Of a stretch of DNA of 64,000 bases, positions 47,481 to 61,371 are shown one piece after another (the first letter of the stretch is position 1; each line of letters begins with the position of its first letter). The position numbers and the translations under genes are program-made. This stretch comes from Hypanus sabinus (taxonomy: Eukaryota), in the NCBI RefSeq assembly GCF_030144855.1, contig NC_082722.1, forward strand, positions 39,556,001-39,620,000. The letters run 5' to 3'. The notes under the pieces are model-generated. The model did not search any database and was not told the origin of the DNA. It saw only the letters and a list, made by a program, of their open reading frames with translations.

Positions 47481-50400
47481 AGAACAAAATAATGGACAGT
47501 TTTCATTTGGAAGTTACGGCATAGAATGGTAGTTAATGGTCTCTACATTCTTTGAAAGCCTCAGAAGTATATAAGATGGGTTAGATGAAAATTATTTCAT
47601 TGAAGGATTAAATCCTCAGGTTTGATGAACTGGTCCAGCATGAAATAAGGAGGTCATCAAATTGTCATGAGGTAAGAAAGAAAGGATCCACATGGCATTT
47701 CCAAGGCATTTAAGGCCTCAAAAGAAGGCAGAAGAACTGGTTTGGGAGGCACAGTGGTGCAACCCGTAGAGCTGCTGCCCCACAGTTCCACCAACCTGGA
47801 TTCATTTCTGATCTCTAAGAATAGACAGCATGTTCAGGTTGGTAGGCTAATTAACGGCGAGTTGTCCCTGGTGTGCGGGTGAATTATAGAAAATATAAAA
47901 TATATAGAAAATATAGGAAGAATTAAATGGGTTTCTGTAGGGTTGCAGTTAGAGTTACTGGGTAGACTGAAGAAATTGTTCAGAACTGTATTGAGAACCT
48001 TCTTGTAAAATTGTAATATTCCCACTAACTCCTGGGAGCTTTTGGTCTACGACAATTCACAGTGTTAAGAGTAGTATTGAGTTCTTGCACCAGCTACACA
48101 CATAAGCCTGTATGTGCAGTGGAAAGAGTACACTACTTGACAAACTACCCATCCATCTGCCAATCAAGCATTTCCCATCCTACTTGTGCAAGACTCTGTG
48201 GTTCTCACCTTGACCCCATAGGTCACACGAGACTCTACAAATCTGGAGTGGGAGTAGTCATCGTGTTCCTGAGGGATTGTCTGAGGAACTTGAGATGACA
48301 TACCCCGAAGAATGTCACAGTTTGGCCATCATAACAATAGATAACCAATAAATGCATGTTATATGTACTTAAATAGCATTTATCATGATCATGTGGAAAA
48401 CTGGAAAATATAAGTGTGCTGATGCAGCTTTTTAAATCATCTTTTGTCTTTTAACAATTACGCAATGCTATCTCCGAGCATATCATGCCTTTCATGCCTG
48501 CAATTTTTGAACTTTACTGTGATCAAGTTAACAATGAACCTAAAAATTTTAAAATTCTATATTAGAAATTACACACATAAACACAATTTCAATTATATAT
48601 CTAACAAATTAAGAGTACAATACTTATCATCAGAGTCGAACAGACAGAGAAATTACAATGTACAGTATAATTACAAATTGAAAGGAAAACAAAAGCAACA
48701 TCTGTGGAGAGAGAAGCAGTATTAACATTTCAGGTCAATGACCAATCAGAACTAGGAACAATCTGAAATAAAATGAAAACTTCAATGTGCAGGGGAAGGA
48801 GAGAGAGGAAGAGAGAATAAAAAAGGCATACAACAAGAGTGATGTATGAAAGGGTAATAGTGCATGATGAAAGAAGGTGAAATTAGAGAATGAAGCATTA
48901 GTCTGGTGAAGGTATCAAGTAAGTTTTGGAAACATCAAATAAAAATCGATGAAGTGCTTATTATCTGACATTGCAATACTAAAATTTGAATATGGATTGA
49001 ATAAATGATTTAATCAGTAGATATTCCTTGAGCTGACACTGAGCTTCAGTGAAAGAATGCAGGAGGCTAAGAACAGAGTTATCAGAGTGATTCAAACGGG
49101 AATGAGATCAAAAATGAACATGAAGAATAACTGGAAGCTTAGGATCATACTTGGTTGCTGAACAGAGCTGACGCACAAAAAGGGTCACCCTTTCTAAGTT
49201 TGGTTTCCCCAATACTCATTAGGTATTAGCAAGTCCAGGAATCTAAACAGAACAAAGTATTAATAAGAGAAAAGTGTACCTGAGATTTTACACAGTGCAG
49301 GGGGGTGGGGGAGGTAAAAGACTGGCAATTGCAAAGTAAGACTGTGGGAACAGCAGTGAACATCAGGATCAATATCTTGCCATATTGTCTACAGAAAACC
49401 AGATGGGATTAAATCTATTCTCTTCAAAACTTACAAAAATCAGTATTTTTAATTAACTAATGAAAGGCTAAAAGGAAAGTGATATGTTTTGCAAAATATT
49501 TTCAACTCTTTAAATCTTATCTTGTGGTAGAAATGATGACATCCTGTCATAGTTTCCTGATTACTAAAAGTCAAGAATCAATTTTAAATTTGCGTTGAAT
49601 TCAGATTTTGACATATAATAAACTGCAAAACTTTCTGGTTGTACACTCCAAACCTGATATTTTCCTGTACAGGTGCTCTTGTGCTTACACAACTGACCCT
49701 ACAAAGAGCCCATCCAGTGTCCGTTTATTAACAGAGCAGCGTCCACTTTATCGCCCGTTGCACAAACAAAGTTAACAAAATTCCAGCCTATTTTAATAGA
49801 TTAACTTTGAAGAATAAACCCAACTTAATGGAAATACACAAACTTTTATACATGGCAGTATTCTAACAAACTCAAATGAGTTTTTTTTAATACATTCGCT
49901 AACACCAGCAGCATATTCCATATAATAGCGCGCTGCATCACCAGAAGGGATTTAATTTATTTTGTCTGGAAGAAGTGAAAGAACTGTATAATATTGGATT
50001 AAATGTCATTCCCATTTTCTAAGGATCATGGAATAAGCGTCTTTTTTTTTTGAGTAACAACTTTTGCATTGCTACTAGTGCGTTTTTATTTTGTTGTTGA
50101 TGTTTCATATGGAACATTTGTAACCAATCATGACAGGAATATCAAGCAAGGAAATGCCGGAAATACTCGTCAGGCCATGCAGCATTGTGAAGAGACAGAC
50201 CGACCAAACGAGAGCTGTTTTTGCAGTAGGAATGAAGGATTTTGTTTCTGCACCATATAAAAATTCAGTGTTCTTTTTTATCCACATAAGTATTTCTGAA
50301 CATGCTAGTGTTCACAGTAAAATGAGATGATGGGGTCTATAATTTAATATTTTCAATTCAGAGAACTCATGCATATTACACACATCAGTTCCTAATCGAA

Positions 50401-52599
50401 ATAGTTCTAAACAAAAGGCGACATTAGTTTTGTATGCATGCATACCTGACAATATGTAAACTCCGCTGATTTTGACTTGTAAGAGCCAAGATATGCTTTC
50501 TCCAGGTTTGTTAAATATTTTGATTTCCACCAATTAACTTTCAACACTCTTTGAAGTATGAATCGCAGTAAAAGCTACCATAATCAATTGCATTCCTACT
50601 TTTTTTTGTATGTTGGAATTTCGGTTATATCAGGTTTCTGAATGTGGATGTAAATAAACATTTCCTTCATTCAGGACTGGTCATCTATTATTTAACTAAA
50701 GTCGCGTTCCGTATATTAGAAAAAATGACGACTAGGTAGTTATCAAGAGTAATGTGGGTCGAATATGTTCATTTTTACTCAAACCCATCGATGTATCGTC
50801 ATACTTCGAATCCAGTAGATATTTACATGTTGCTACATAGTTTGTCGAAAATTTTAAATTTGTGGATGCGGAGGTCGGTGCTTACCTGTATTTGAAAAGA
50901 AAACGAGTATGACAGAGATTGCTTTAGGATTTATTTTTTTAAAAATCAGTTGTACCGTTCTTAAACATTTGAGTTTAATGTTTAATATAAAAACAACAGT
51001 GTATTGAAATGGTTTTCTCAAAGCTGTCTTTAAACTGCAAGTGGTAGCAGAAATCAATCCAACACCGCTGGACATCATTTCATGAACAAAAGACACAAAA
51101 CGAATGGGAAAATTCAAACTTATTACTAAGGACAATTCATCTTTACCTGTTTAATGCAGCGAATCACTCATATTTTTTGTATAATTTTGCATTTAACTTT
51201 TGTTGATTCTCCAGGCACGTTTTGAATAGACACCGTGTTGGAAATAGAGGGAATATTAGTTGTGAAAATATGGCATGTTTTTGGTTCAGAACTCCTATTT
51301 TAAACATACTAGAACAAAAGCAAATATTATGTATTTATAGCATGTTCCCCATGGTCAGCAGGATTTATCGAAATAATTGTGAGTGCAACGAAACGACGAT
51401 GTTTGACCGGATTAGAAATAATTAAGAGTTTTGAGCTAATTCCAGGAGGGGGCGCAAGTCTCCTGGCCAGACAAAAGGAACCGTGTAATAAGGAAAGGGA
51501 CGAAAATTTAGCTCTGCTCGACATTACACTGAATGCTGGAACAAAAACTATTTAATAGCTCTCCGCAATATCCAACACAAAAACAATTTGATTATAAAAT
51601 CGCTAAATTAAAATGAAACATTTTCATTACTTAATGCATTTTTATGTCAAATTCGGGATGGTTTCATGTTCACTCGTAACATTTATCCCAGATAAACAAC
51701 ACATAAATCGGAAAATGTTGTTGTTAATGGAGCTAATTTATTACCTTCCTCAAAAATCTGCCAGACTTCCAACCTGTCCTTTGCTCATTCATTCCCCCCA
51801 CCCCATTTCAAAATTGTATTTAAAATCACAGAGGTGGTCTAACAACGTCTCAGCACACACACATTCACATAAATAAATTCAAACCGATTATATTTGTTAG
51901 CCACATAGGCATAATTCCATCAGTTTATAATTAGATGTAAACGAATTACTAACACTAATACCCTTTTAATTCCACTGTATCATTACGGATATTTTTGAAA
52001 TTCACTGTGCCCTGCAGGGAGTTACGTGCTGGAAGCTAAAGAATTTCCATTGTTCGGTAGGAATTAGGTTATTAAAAACTGAGTGCGAGATTGCTTCTGC
52101 GAATCAAAGGAGATGTACAGTAATGGCAACATTAAAGCAGTTTGTGGTTCAGCTGGAGCGACTTGCTTAAATGGACAAGAGTCTGGCGCCTTCCACTGCC
52201 ATTACCGTTTTCACCAACAGTATATCATGGTTTTGGACTCGGTTTTTGTTTTATTTTCATATTTACTTAAATATTTAGGCGAATCGTGCAGTAACTTGAA
52301 ATAGCTGTTCCCAAATAAAAGCGGAGTTTGCAGGCGACTGTTAAGTTGTATTATTTAAATAAATGACGCCCATCTTTTCCGTATAACGTTGGTCTGTGTG
52401 TTGTAAAACCAATTAGTTTCTCTCAGGAGCTCTGTAATAGTTTGATGTAGTTGTTCCGTTCTTTTAAGAAGGGAAAAAGAATATTAACGAAAAATAAATA
52501 ACATTTTGCATAAAGTCGATCTAAGGGTGCCAATTTCAGAGAGTGTTTCAAGCTTGTATTCGCAAGCTTGAAAAAGCTGTTTGCAGCACTTTTAGCTTA

Positions 52600-54450
52600 A
52601 AGGATAAGTAAGAAGAGGCACAATGAGAGCGGCATTGTGTGCGCAGTCCAATCCAGGCTTGTCCGGAGCTCCATGCTTTGGGCACGATCGCACACTCAGA
52701 TTTTTCATTATTCACCATGCGTGCTCTGCACTTGGACAGCGATTTCCTCCGTGATTACGTGTGGCGCGTCTCCCTGCGGGAAAGCTCCCCCGTGGAGAGG
52801 TCCTGATGGGTTTGGGCCTTACTTGAATTTCCCAGCTTATTATGTGTCTGCACTGCGCGCTAACGCAGTTCCTAGGAAGCCAGCTCGTCCGCTCCCGCCA
52901 CAAAGAGCCGGCTCTGCTGCCGGGCGCCAAAGCCGGACGGCGGTCATGGCACAAAGCGGCGGCAGCTGCTGCCCGCCGCCACCGACACCCTGCTGAACAT
53001 CTGCGGCACCCTCTGGCAGCCCGGTGCCCCCCTGAAGCAAACAGCCACCTTGTTGTTTCTATGTGTGTGCCGAGCAAGAGCGGAGCGGGCCACTCTCGGG
53101 GCAAGAAAAACAAGGGGCGCCTGGCCGCGCCGTTACCACATTTCTGGCTAAACAGGTGATCCCGCCGCCAAGTTTTTGCCGCCGCTGTGGCGGAGGGAGT
53201 TGCACGTCAGGCTGGCTGTTGGTTTTGCGGGCGTCTTGTTTTGTTTTGTTCACTTTTCTCCTTTCTTTTCGGTTGTTTCTAAGGATATTGCGTGCTCTTC
53301 GCTCAGTCCTCGAGGTCGCCAGCGTTGCTCGAAAGCCGGAGCTTTCATCATTTACTGGATTTCGCGCAACAATAGGAAAAAGGGCAGCGGCACATTTCAC
53401 ACACCCCCCACCAGCGAGCAATAAGCCTTGTGCAAAAAAAAAGCAGCCCCCCTCTCTCTCCCTCCTTCCTTCCACCTCCGCCCCCTCCTCCTCCCGGGTC
53501 CCGTAAATAATCACTTGTCTTCGTGCGGGCTGCCTGGATCCTGCATCCAAATCCACCAGTTGCAAAGAAGTTGTGTGTGGGTGTGTGTGTGTGTGTTGGA
53601 AACAAGAGGAAAGGTGGGGGGGGGGGGAATAAACACTTGACTGAAATCTAGTTTTAGCACCACCGCGAACAAAAAAAAGTACGAAGGAGACGTCACACGT
53701 AGTCCACTCCGAGAGGTTGAAGTTGCCGCATTGCAACGGGCAGGAGGAGGGAGAGAGAGAAAGAGAAACAGGAGATTGATGTTTGGAGCTCCGGTCACTG
53801 GCCCGGACAGCGGCGCCCAGGCAGTAGCTTCTTCCAGGAGAGCGAGGGACTGGACATGTCCAGGCGAAAACAATCCAAGCCTCGGGCTGTTAAAGGTGAG
53901 CCTCTCCTTGTTTTTTTTCCCCCACAGGTAGGGAGAAGGGGGAGGGAGGAGGGGAAGAAGGGGGGCAAGTGATTTTAAATCAGAGGAGCGGGAACAGTCG
54001 CGGCAACGGACTTCTCCGCGCGTGCCGCGCCGCTCTCTCCGCTGCTGCCCAGTTGGAGGAGGCTCGAGGCGGCGGCGAAGAGAGTGCGCGCGCACTGCCC
54101 GCCAACCAGCAGGGGCGGTGTGGGGATCCGCGCGCATGCACGCACGCGGCCAAGGGCGGGGCTCGAGGCACGAAGCCCGGGTGCCGGCACCTTTGAAATC
54201 TGTGGTTTTAACGGACGAAAGGGAGGCGGCAGTCGGCTGCCCCGCAAACCCCCTTTTCCACAGAATAAATTGGGGTTTCACACCACTGAGCAGTATAAAC
54301 TATGCCCATCACACGTTTTTGCTTGTAATCTGAAGTGCGAACTTCAGGTCGGTGACTTTTCATCACAACCGAAGGCTGTGGACCTGAAACGGCAACTTTG
54401 CTCATATCTGCACAGACGCTGCAGGATCTAATGAGCGATCTCTGTAGTTT
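52600..54450 (+). promoter_or_regulatory. ZNF423 CpG island, promoter and 5'UTR
   Basis: Long GC/CpG-rich region with (GT)n, G-run and purine-rich tracts surrounding the first coding exon. Confidence 0.8.
53856..53895 (+). CDS. ZNF423: Zinc finger protein 423, coding exon 1 (MSRRKQSKPRAVK); the gene continues beyond the window
   Basis: ATGTCCAGGCGAAAACAATCCAAGCCTCGGGCTGTTAAAG|GTGAG, 40 nt, phase 1. Encodes the NuRD-binding MSRRKQxKP motif. ZNF423 is preferred over ZNF521 because of CNEP1R1/HEATR3 synteny. Confidence 0.88.
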
Positions 54451-55734
54451 AGCTTCATGCCAATTACAGTGTATTTTGAGAGTGGGTTGACTAGTCATGT
54501 AGTTGACCAGGAACACGTCAACAGTTGAAATTCAGCAGCAGTATCCCATCCACCTGTTACTGCCATGTTACACAGTGTTATCTAAATACAGTAATATATT
54601 TTAATATAGTGCACTTTTAAGGAAAATTGACATGTTTCAGTTTGCCCAAGCTGTACAGGTTAAATGGACAGTGGGGGTGGGGGATATGTGTTTAATTCAT
54701 ATGATAAAAGGTCTTCAATCAACTCCTCTGCAAGTTGTAGACAAAACCAATAATTTTGCAGTATGCTAATATTGGAAGACAAGGTTTCTTACTAATGTCA
54801 GTAGAATATTTTGACTAAATTTCCCGAACTCTATTGTTACTTATTCATCGTGTCAGTGATTCTGGAACAGCTGCACAAAAAGCAATGCCAAAAGAAGGTG
54901 GTGATGATAGGGCATGGCAAGGTTGAACCGCATTAGTCCCTGGTGTACATGGTATTAAGTTTTAGAGAATTTCACTATTTTAATAAATGAAGGAACAATC
55001 AAATCTCTTGAATTAAGCTGAGTGGTCCACATTTGATTTCATGTTGGTGTTGGATCAACAGGATGTCTTGGGGACAATACTTCCATCAAGCTGTTAAAGA
55101 AATAGGATTTAAATAAAATACGAAAATATTCGGCATGTAATTGAGAAAGCAATCTGTTTGAAATATCATGTAATCCACTAGTTTACAATTTGCTTCATAG
55201 CCATTTAGATCCTGAGCTGGGTTTATTTGCCCTGGTATTCACTTGACTTTTCGATGCGTATGTGTGTACTTAGAGTAATTTTTCAAGAGTTAAATTTATT
55301 TATTTTGACTAGCAAAATAATTGGGATATATTAAATAAAATTTCAACAATTATTTAATTATTATGACTGTCTTAAGTAATGTTAACTTTAAGAAGAATGC
55401 TGCAATAGTGGGGCTTTCCCTGCATTGGATGACATCATAGTTTTTCTCTCTGCTGCTCGTGTGTGAAGTTCTTCACTCTGGTTCCTCCAGCTGGATCTCT
55501 TCTGCACTTTTCCGAAAGTCTTTACCTCTTTCCAGATGTGTCATACTTAGGGTTGTTTTTTGTGAGCTGAACAAATGATTTGTAAACTTCTGGTGCAATG
55601 CCTTTACTTTTCTATTCTGTTCTTTCATTTATGACCCCAGTGACCCATGTGCTTTATTATCAACTTTCTGTGCTTTGAAAATTTCTGCATATGGGTATCA
55701 GTACCACAATACACATACTTAAAAAAAAATCATA

Positions 55735-56165
55735 GTTATAGAAAAGTACAGCATAGAAACAGTCCCTTTGGCCCATCTAGTCCATGCTGAACCATTTAAA
55801 CTGGCTACTCCCATCGACCTGCATTGGGACCAGAGCCCTCTATACTCCTTACCATTCATGTACTTATCCAAATTTTGCTTAAATGGCTGAAATCGAGCTT
55901 GCATGCTCCACTTGTGCTGGCAGTTTGTGCAATAATATCATGATCCTCATGTTTCCCTTAAACTTTTCACCCTTAACCCATGACCTCTGGTTATAGCCCC
56001 ATCCAACCTCAGAAACAAAAGCCTGTTTGCATTTACACTATCTATATTGTATAGTTCTATCAAATCTCCTCTCAATCTTCTATGTTCTAAGGAATAAAGT
56101 CCTAACTTATTTGATATTTCCATGTAACTCAGGTCCTCCAGACCTGGCAACATCCTCGTAAATCA
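55735..56165 (-). mobile_element. CR1 LINE 3' fragment
   Basis: ORF remnant MLPGLEDLSYMEISNKLGLYSLEHRRLRGDLIE. Confidence 0.8.
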
Positions 56166-57205
56166 TTTATACTGTGCTGTTTTTCAAAATTCTTAATTAT
56201 TCCTGATGTGTTGCCTCATGTTTCTCTGAATGGGACATTATCTGCCTTTCTTTGGATCCAATCAAAACCACGTCCTTGTTATCTGAAGTCTGAGGTCTTT
56301 TTACCTCAGGTAAGTTGTACTTGCCTGACAATGAGGGAGAAATTGAAATTTGCCAAGTTTATTTCAAGGATAACTCATGTACAGTATGCCTATTAGCTTA
56401 CTGTCCTATATTAAAAACTTCATACATTAACAGGAAAATACAATGTGTGTAGAATGTATTATTTGTACACATAATATCACTCATTTTAAAAACTACAAAA
56501 TGGAGCAGTGAAATTGTATGCTATTGGGCCCAATTTCCCTGGAATTAGAAGAATGAGAGATAAATTAAGTGCTTAAAGGTATCGAAGATGTCTGTTATGT
56601 CTCTTTGAGTGGAAGAATTAGAAGTCATAATCTCAGGACCAGGAGGAGATGAAGAGATATGTATATTAGATTATAGTCTTTTGGTTAATTTCTACAATTT
56701 TCTTAATTTTAGAGTGCAATGCTTGCATGGGACATTATTTTTCTGTTTCTAATATAATTGATTTAGAATATACAGCAGTGAAATTTTATTCTTAATGAAG
56801 TAGCGGGTGAATTTTTTCCAGACATACAAACAAACTTAATGTTCCTAAATAGTGGCATGCGTATATATTGAACAAGTAAGATTTGGGGGTTCAAAGATGA
56901 TTCCATTGAATGAGAAAATATAACTCATTATAGCAAGGCACTTGGAAAAATTGAATGTAATTAAGCAAGGTCAGCATTGCTTTTGTGAACAAAAAGTCAC
57001 GTTGATCAATTTGTTGTAGTTCTTTGATAAAGAATGTGCTATACTTGGATTTCCATGAGGCACTTGATAAGATACCCCATCAAAGGTTATTGTGGAAGAT
57101 AAAAAGCCCCTCAATCTAGGAAGTACTATATTGGTCTGGATAGAAGACTGGGAAACAGGAAACAGAGTTGGTATCAATGAGACTTTTTCTGGCTGGCAAG
57201 GTGTA

Positions 57206-58057
57206 CAGTCGGCCCTCCTTATATGCAAGTTCCACATGCGCGAATTCAACCAACCGCGAATCGAGAAAACCCGGAAGTGCTCTTCCAGCACCTGTTGTTC
57301 GAGCNNNNNNNNNNNNNNNNNNNNNNNNNNNNNNNNNNNNNNNNNNNNNNNNNNNNNNNNNNNNNNNNNNNNNNNNNNNNNNNNNNNNNNNNNNNNNNNN
57401 NNNNNNNNNNNNNNNNNNNNNNNNNNNNNNNNNNNNNNNNNNNNNNNNNATCGGGATTGAAAAAAAATTGGAAGTTCTTTTACTAAGTAAGTCGGTACAG
57501 GTACATCCGGTATTATTTAGTGTAAGTTAGTCAAACGTTTGTCTTAGTATATGGTATATATTTTACCTTTCTATGCATATAAAACACTTAAGAATGTATG
57601 TTTCAGTGCTGGGCTCGGGAATAGAGGTTCCCGAGTTCGATCCAGTGACAGACCGCTCCCGAGTGCACTCTCCATCCATGCCTGGTTGATATGGAGGATC
57701 AAAATTCTAAAACCCAATAATTAAACCACCACTTTGCTTAGTAATAATTGTAGCTTTCATCGGGGCAGGGCCTTTCTCACTTTATCCTTTAAAATTGTTC
57801 CGATCATTGACCGACGTAGCCTAACGCTTTTCTGATGACGTTTCACCTCTTTCCGATTGCTTTATTATTTCCACTTTATTTTCATCGTGATCGTGATTAT
57901 TTTTGTGAACAGAAACACTGTGGATTCAGAGCTCCGCTGTTGGGTCCTAATGTCCACCGCACTGAGACAGGTTAAATAAGGGACTTGAGCATCCACGTTT
58001 TTTGGTATCTGTGAGGGGTCCCGGAACCAATCCCTCGCGGATAAGGAGGGCCGACTA
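57206..58057. mobile_element. Non-autonomous Tc1/mariner (Tigger/pogo-like) DNA transposon spanning an assembly gap
   Basis: TIRs CAGTCGGCCCTCCTTAT / ATAAGGAGGGCCGACTA, TA target duplication. Confidence 0.75.
57305..57449. other. Assembly gap (145 N)
   Basis: Run of N. Confidence 1.
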
Positions 58058-60464
58058 TATAATATAGTGTGCCACAAGGATCAATGCTGAGGTGTCAATG
58101 TTTTTCAATTTGTATAAATTACCTGTTGGTAGGTACCAAAATAAAAAGATTCAAGAATTTGCTGAAAACACTCGGAGAGGCTTGAAAATGTGTTGTAAGG
58201 AGGAGCAGAGGCAATGAAAAGATATCAATAAGCTAAGTGAGTTTGGAAAGATCTGTGAAATGTAGCATAATATTGGAAACTGAGATTGTCCTTTTATCAG
58301 GGGAAAAAAGAAGCACTTTATTTAAATGGTGGAAGATTGCATGGCTGTGGACCAGGTCTGCTCGATCATGATAGGCACGGAGAGAAGATTTTGAAGATGG
58401 CAGCTTCTTGAAGATGGCATACTGTCCATGTAGTACCTGATGCGGAAAAGGTATCTAATTTCCCTATTACAAATACACCGTATTATCCTCTCCATTACCA
58501 CACTCCCAGATGTGGATCATATTCCTGGCCATGAATGGTAGTTGGTTGATTTCTCAGAGTCTGGTGACATCTTTAAAGAGAAAATCTGAAGGATTTTTTA
58601 TCTGGTGTAGTTGTGTGGTCTGAACAATGCTCCCACCAACATGACAACTCTTACACAGTGTTCATTTGCACAGTTTATTTGGTGACCTGATCTAATTTTC
58701 AACCCTGACAGAAGATCTATTTTTGGTTTTATTTGCACTGTCATTACAGTTGCTTGTTATTGAATTAATTTATTATAGCTTTAAGTTATTTAAATAGGCA
58801 GTGGTGTGTTTTGTCAGTTGCAGCCTCAGAGAAATGGTTTCCACTTCACTTCTTCATAGGACCAACAAGAGATCAGAAGCTCTGTGAATGAGTTGTCTTA
58901 TGGAATGGCTGCAAATGCTTGTCATCATTCTGTTTGCTCAAAAACAGCATTGTAGACACTGAAAATCTGAAAAGGATCTCATGTTTTATAATGTAGGATT
59001 TAGCAAATTAAGTGCGTTTCTGAAAAGAGAAGCCAACTTAACCTTTTACATTTTGATGAAATGTCGCTGACCTGAAACATTAAGTTACTTTTCACTTAAG
59101 AATTCTGGATCTACCGAGTATTCTCAGTATTTAATGCTTTCTCATTCAACTGATGACTGAGAAGAGGTTGACAGGGTGCACTTTTTCATGGTTCTGTTTC
59201 AGTTAGTTTGTTTACCATGTGGCCCTTCAAATTGTAAGGTAGACACAGGTATCAGGGCTGCACTGAAGCACCTGCTTCAAGAAGTAGGCACATTTCTCCA
59301 GTTCACCGACCACTTCTTTGAGTCATGTGAAGTTAAACAGTAGATGATGAGGAAGGCAGTAAAGCATGATCAGATGCAAAGAGCAGACTTGCTGAAGATG
59401 AATTTTACCTAGTAGAAGACTAATATTCTTTACTTTTCATAACTGCAGGTTTATAACCGATGAAGTACTTCTGAACCATAGGCAATGATGAATTAGGAAA
59501 TACCATAACCAATTTGTATATGAGATGTCTGCGATTACGTATATCAATGTGATAGTAAATTACCAAGATTTAGCAAGAGAGAAACCTGAGGGACGATGCA
59601 TATGCACAGATCTTATAAGGTGACAGGACAATTTGAGACGTAGTTTTATCAATACGCATTCTGGCCACCAAGACTCTTGAAGCTCTGTTAGCAGCAATCT
59701 TCAGCTCTTTCCTTTGTTATTGCATTTCCCTCAGATGTTTGTTCCAGTAAACTTATCAATTTTTTTCCACTTCTTTCTAAGCAGTAAGTTTTGGATTGTT
59801 GATATTTGCAGAGAAAAGATGCTTTTTTTCCTCTCACATCAGCTCTGTGTCTTTAAGCCAAAATGTTAAATCTCTGTCCCCTAGGCTTTGAATTAGCAGC
59901 TGATGGAAACAGCCTTTCTTTATCCACTTTATTTAAACCTGTCATAATCTTTGTACATTTTTTTTGAAATTGTATTGCCTGTCCCTTCTGCCAAGATACA
60001 TCACCTCACATTTTTTTTTAAATAAATTCCATCTGCCACTTGTTATGTCCATTAAGCTACCCTATCTTTTACTAAATTGCAATAGATTGCTACCACATTT
60101 TTGTTTTACAGTAAGATACGATTTGCATCGTTTGAATTTTATCTCTGTAAATTAATATTCAAGTTAGAGTGATACAGAGTACAAAGGCAAGCAAGTTTGC
60201 TGAAACTTTGCTGAACATGCGAAGTCCAAGTCATGGCCATCATAGTTTGAGGCCTTAACGTTCCTCCATGAGATAGATGGTGCTGACCAATATTTTAGAA
60301 TTTTTCCAGGGCTGAAAACTTTGGTGGCACCACACATGGTATATTGTATACATTTTGTCTCTTTACCCAATGAAGATATAACAATCATGGAGAGAAATGC
60401 AGCAAAAAGGTACTAAACTGGTTTTTGCCACGTGAAAAGAGATAGAGTAGGCTGAAGCTTTGAG

Positions 60465-60633
60465 GAGCAACACACAAAATGATAGAGAAACTCAGCAGGA
60501 CATCTGTGGGGAAAAAAGTAAACAGTTGAAGTTTCAGGCCAAAATCCTTCCGTAGATGCTGCCTGGTCTGCTGAGTTCCTCCAGTATTTCGTGTGTGTTG
60601 CTTTGGATTTCCAGCATCTTCAGATTTTCTCTT
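60465..60633. mobile_element. Quasi-palindromic Penelope-derived short insertion
   Basis: CAACACACAAAATG..CTCAGCAGG ... CTGCTGAGTTCCTCCAGTATTTCGTGTGTGTTG. Confidence 0.6.
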
Positions 60634-60657
60634 AGGCTGGAACTGTATCCTCTAGGG

Positions 60658-60734
60658 CAGGGGTTCCGAACCTGGGGTCCCTGGACCCTTGGTTCTTGAA
60701 AGGGTCATGGCCTAAAAAAGGTTGGGAACCCCTG
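60658..60734. mobile_element. 77-bp hAT/Charlie-type MITE
   Basis: TIRs CAGGGGTTCCGAACC / GGTTGGGAACCCCTG; 8-bp TSD-like CTCTAGGG / CTCTAGAT, matching the NTCTAGAN target preference. Confidence 0.75.
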
Positions 60735-61371
60735 CTCTAGATTTTTGAAAAATGAGTTGAAATCTTGTATAAATTGGCAAAATTATTACAGGGTTTGACA
60801 GGTTTAAGTGTAGGGAGAATGTTTTGCCTGGCTGAGGAGACTTGGAACAAAGGGACACAAACTTGAGCAAAAATTTCTTCACTAAGAGAGTGCTGAACCT
60901 TGATAATTCTCTACCTTTGTGGACTGTGGACTTTCATTATTGTGTTCATTCAAGCAGAGATTGACAGATTTCTGGGCATTGAGGGATGAGTGGATAAAGG
61001 AAAAATGCTGGAGAATTGCACTGAGGCAGAGTAAATTGTCTCCTGATTTGGCTAGGGTTAAATTGTGTGATTGCTGGGTGGTGTGGCTCAAAGGGCCAGA
61101 AGGAAGGGCCAACTCCACGATCTATCCATAAATAATAAAGATCAGTTATGAGCCCTAAGAATAGTAGAGGAGCCTGGAAGAGCCAGCTGACCTACTCTTG
61201 CTTCTATTTCTTATGTTACGTTCTTTTGTGGAATGATGATAGGAACTTTGGTTTCATGTAGGAGAGATACCAGTTGAAGAATTGATGGAGGTGTTCAAAG
61301 AACCTAAATCTAATCGAGTAAATATGGTAAAATTTTCCTTTGGGACAATGGAAGTTAAAGCGAATGAATGT

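Larger units (their letters stand above)
56880..58340 (+). mobile_element. Old CR1 LINE remnant interrupted by a Tc1/mariner-pogo element
   Basis: WIEDW..NRVGINETFSGWQGV before 57205 resumes as SVPQGSML (AGTGTGCCACAAGGATCAATGCTG) at about 58066. Confidence 0.7.

Noticed and set aside
52637-54516. Many overlapping 60-256 aa ORFs on both strands
   Set aside because: A by-product of the GC-rich CpG island: low-complexity translations with no recognisable domains. Only the 40-nt ZNF423 exon is supported.
13446-60633. Recurrent ~35-bp repeats (ACAAAATGCTGGAGGAACTCAGCAGG) as a CRISPR-like array
   Set aside because: Dispersed, in both orientations, with no spacer periodicity, in a eukaryotic genome; they are Penelope-like termini.
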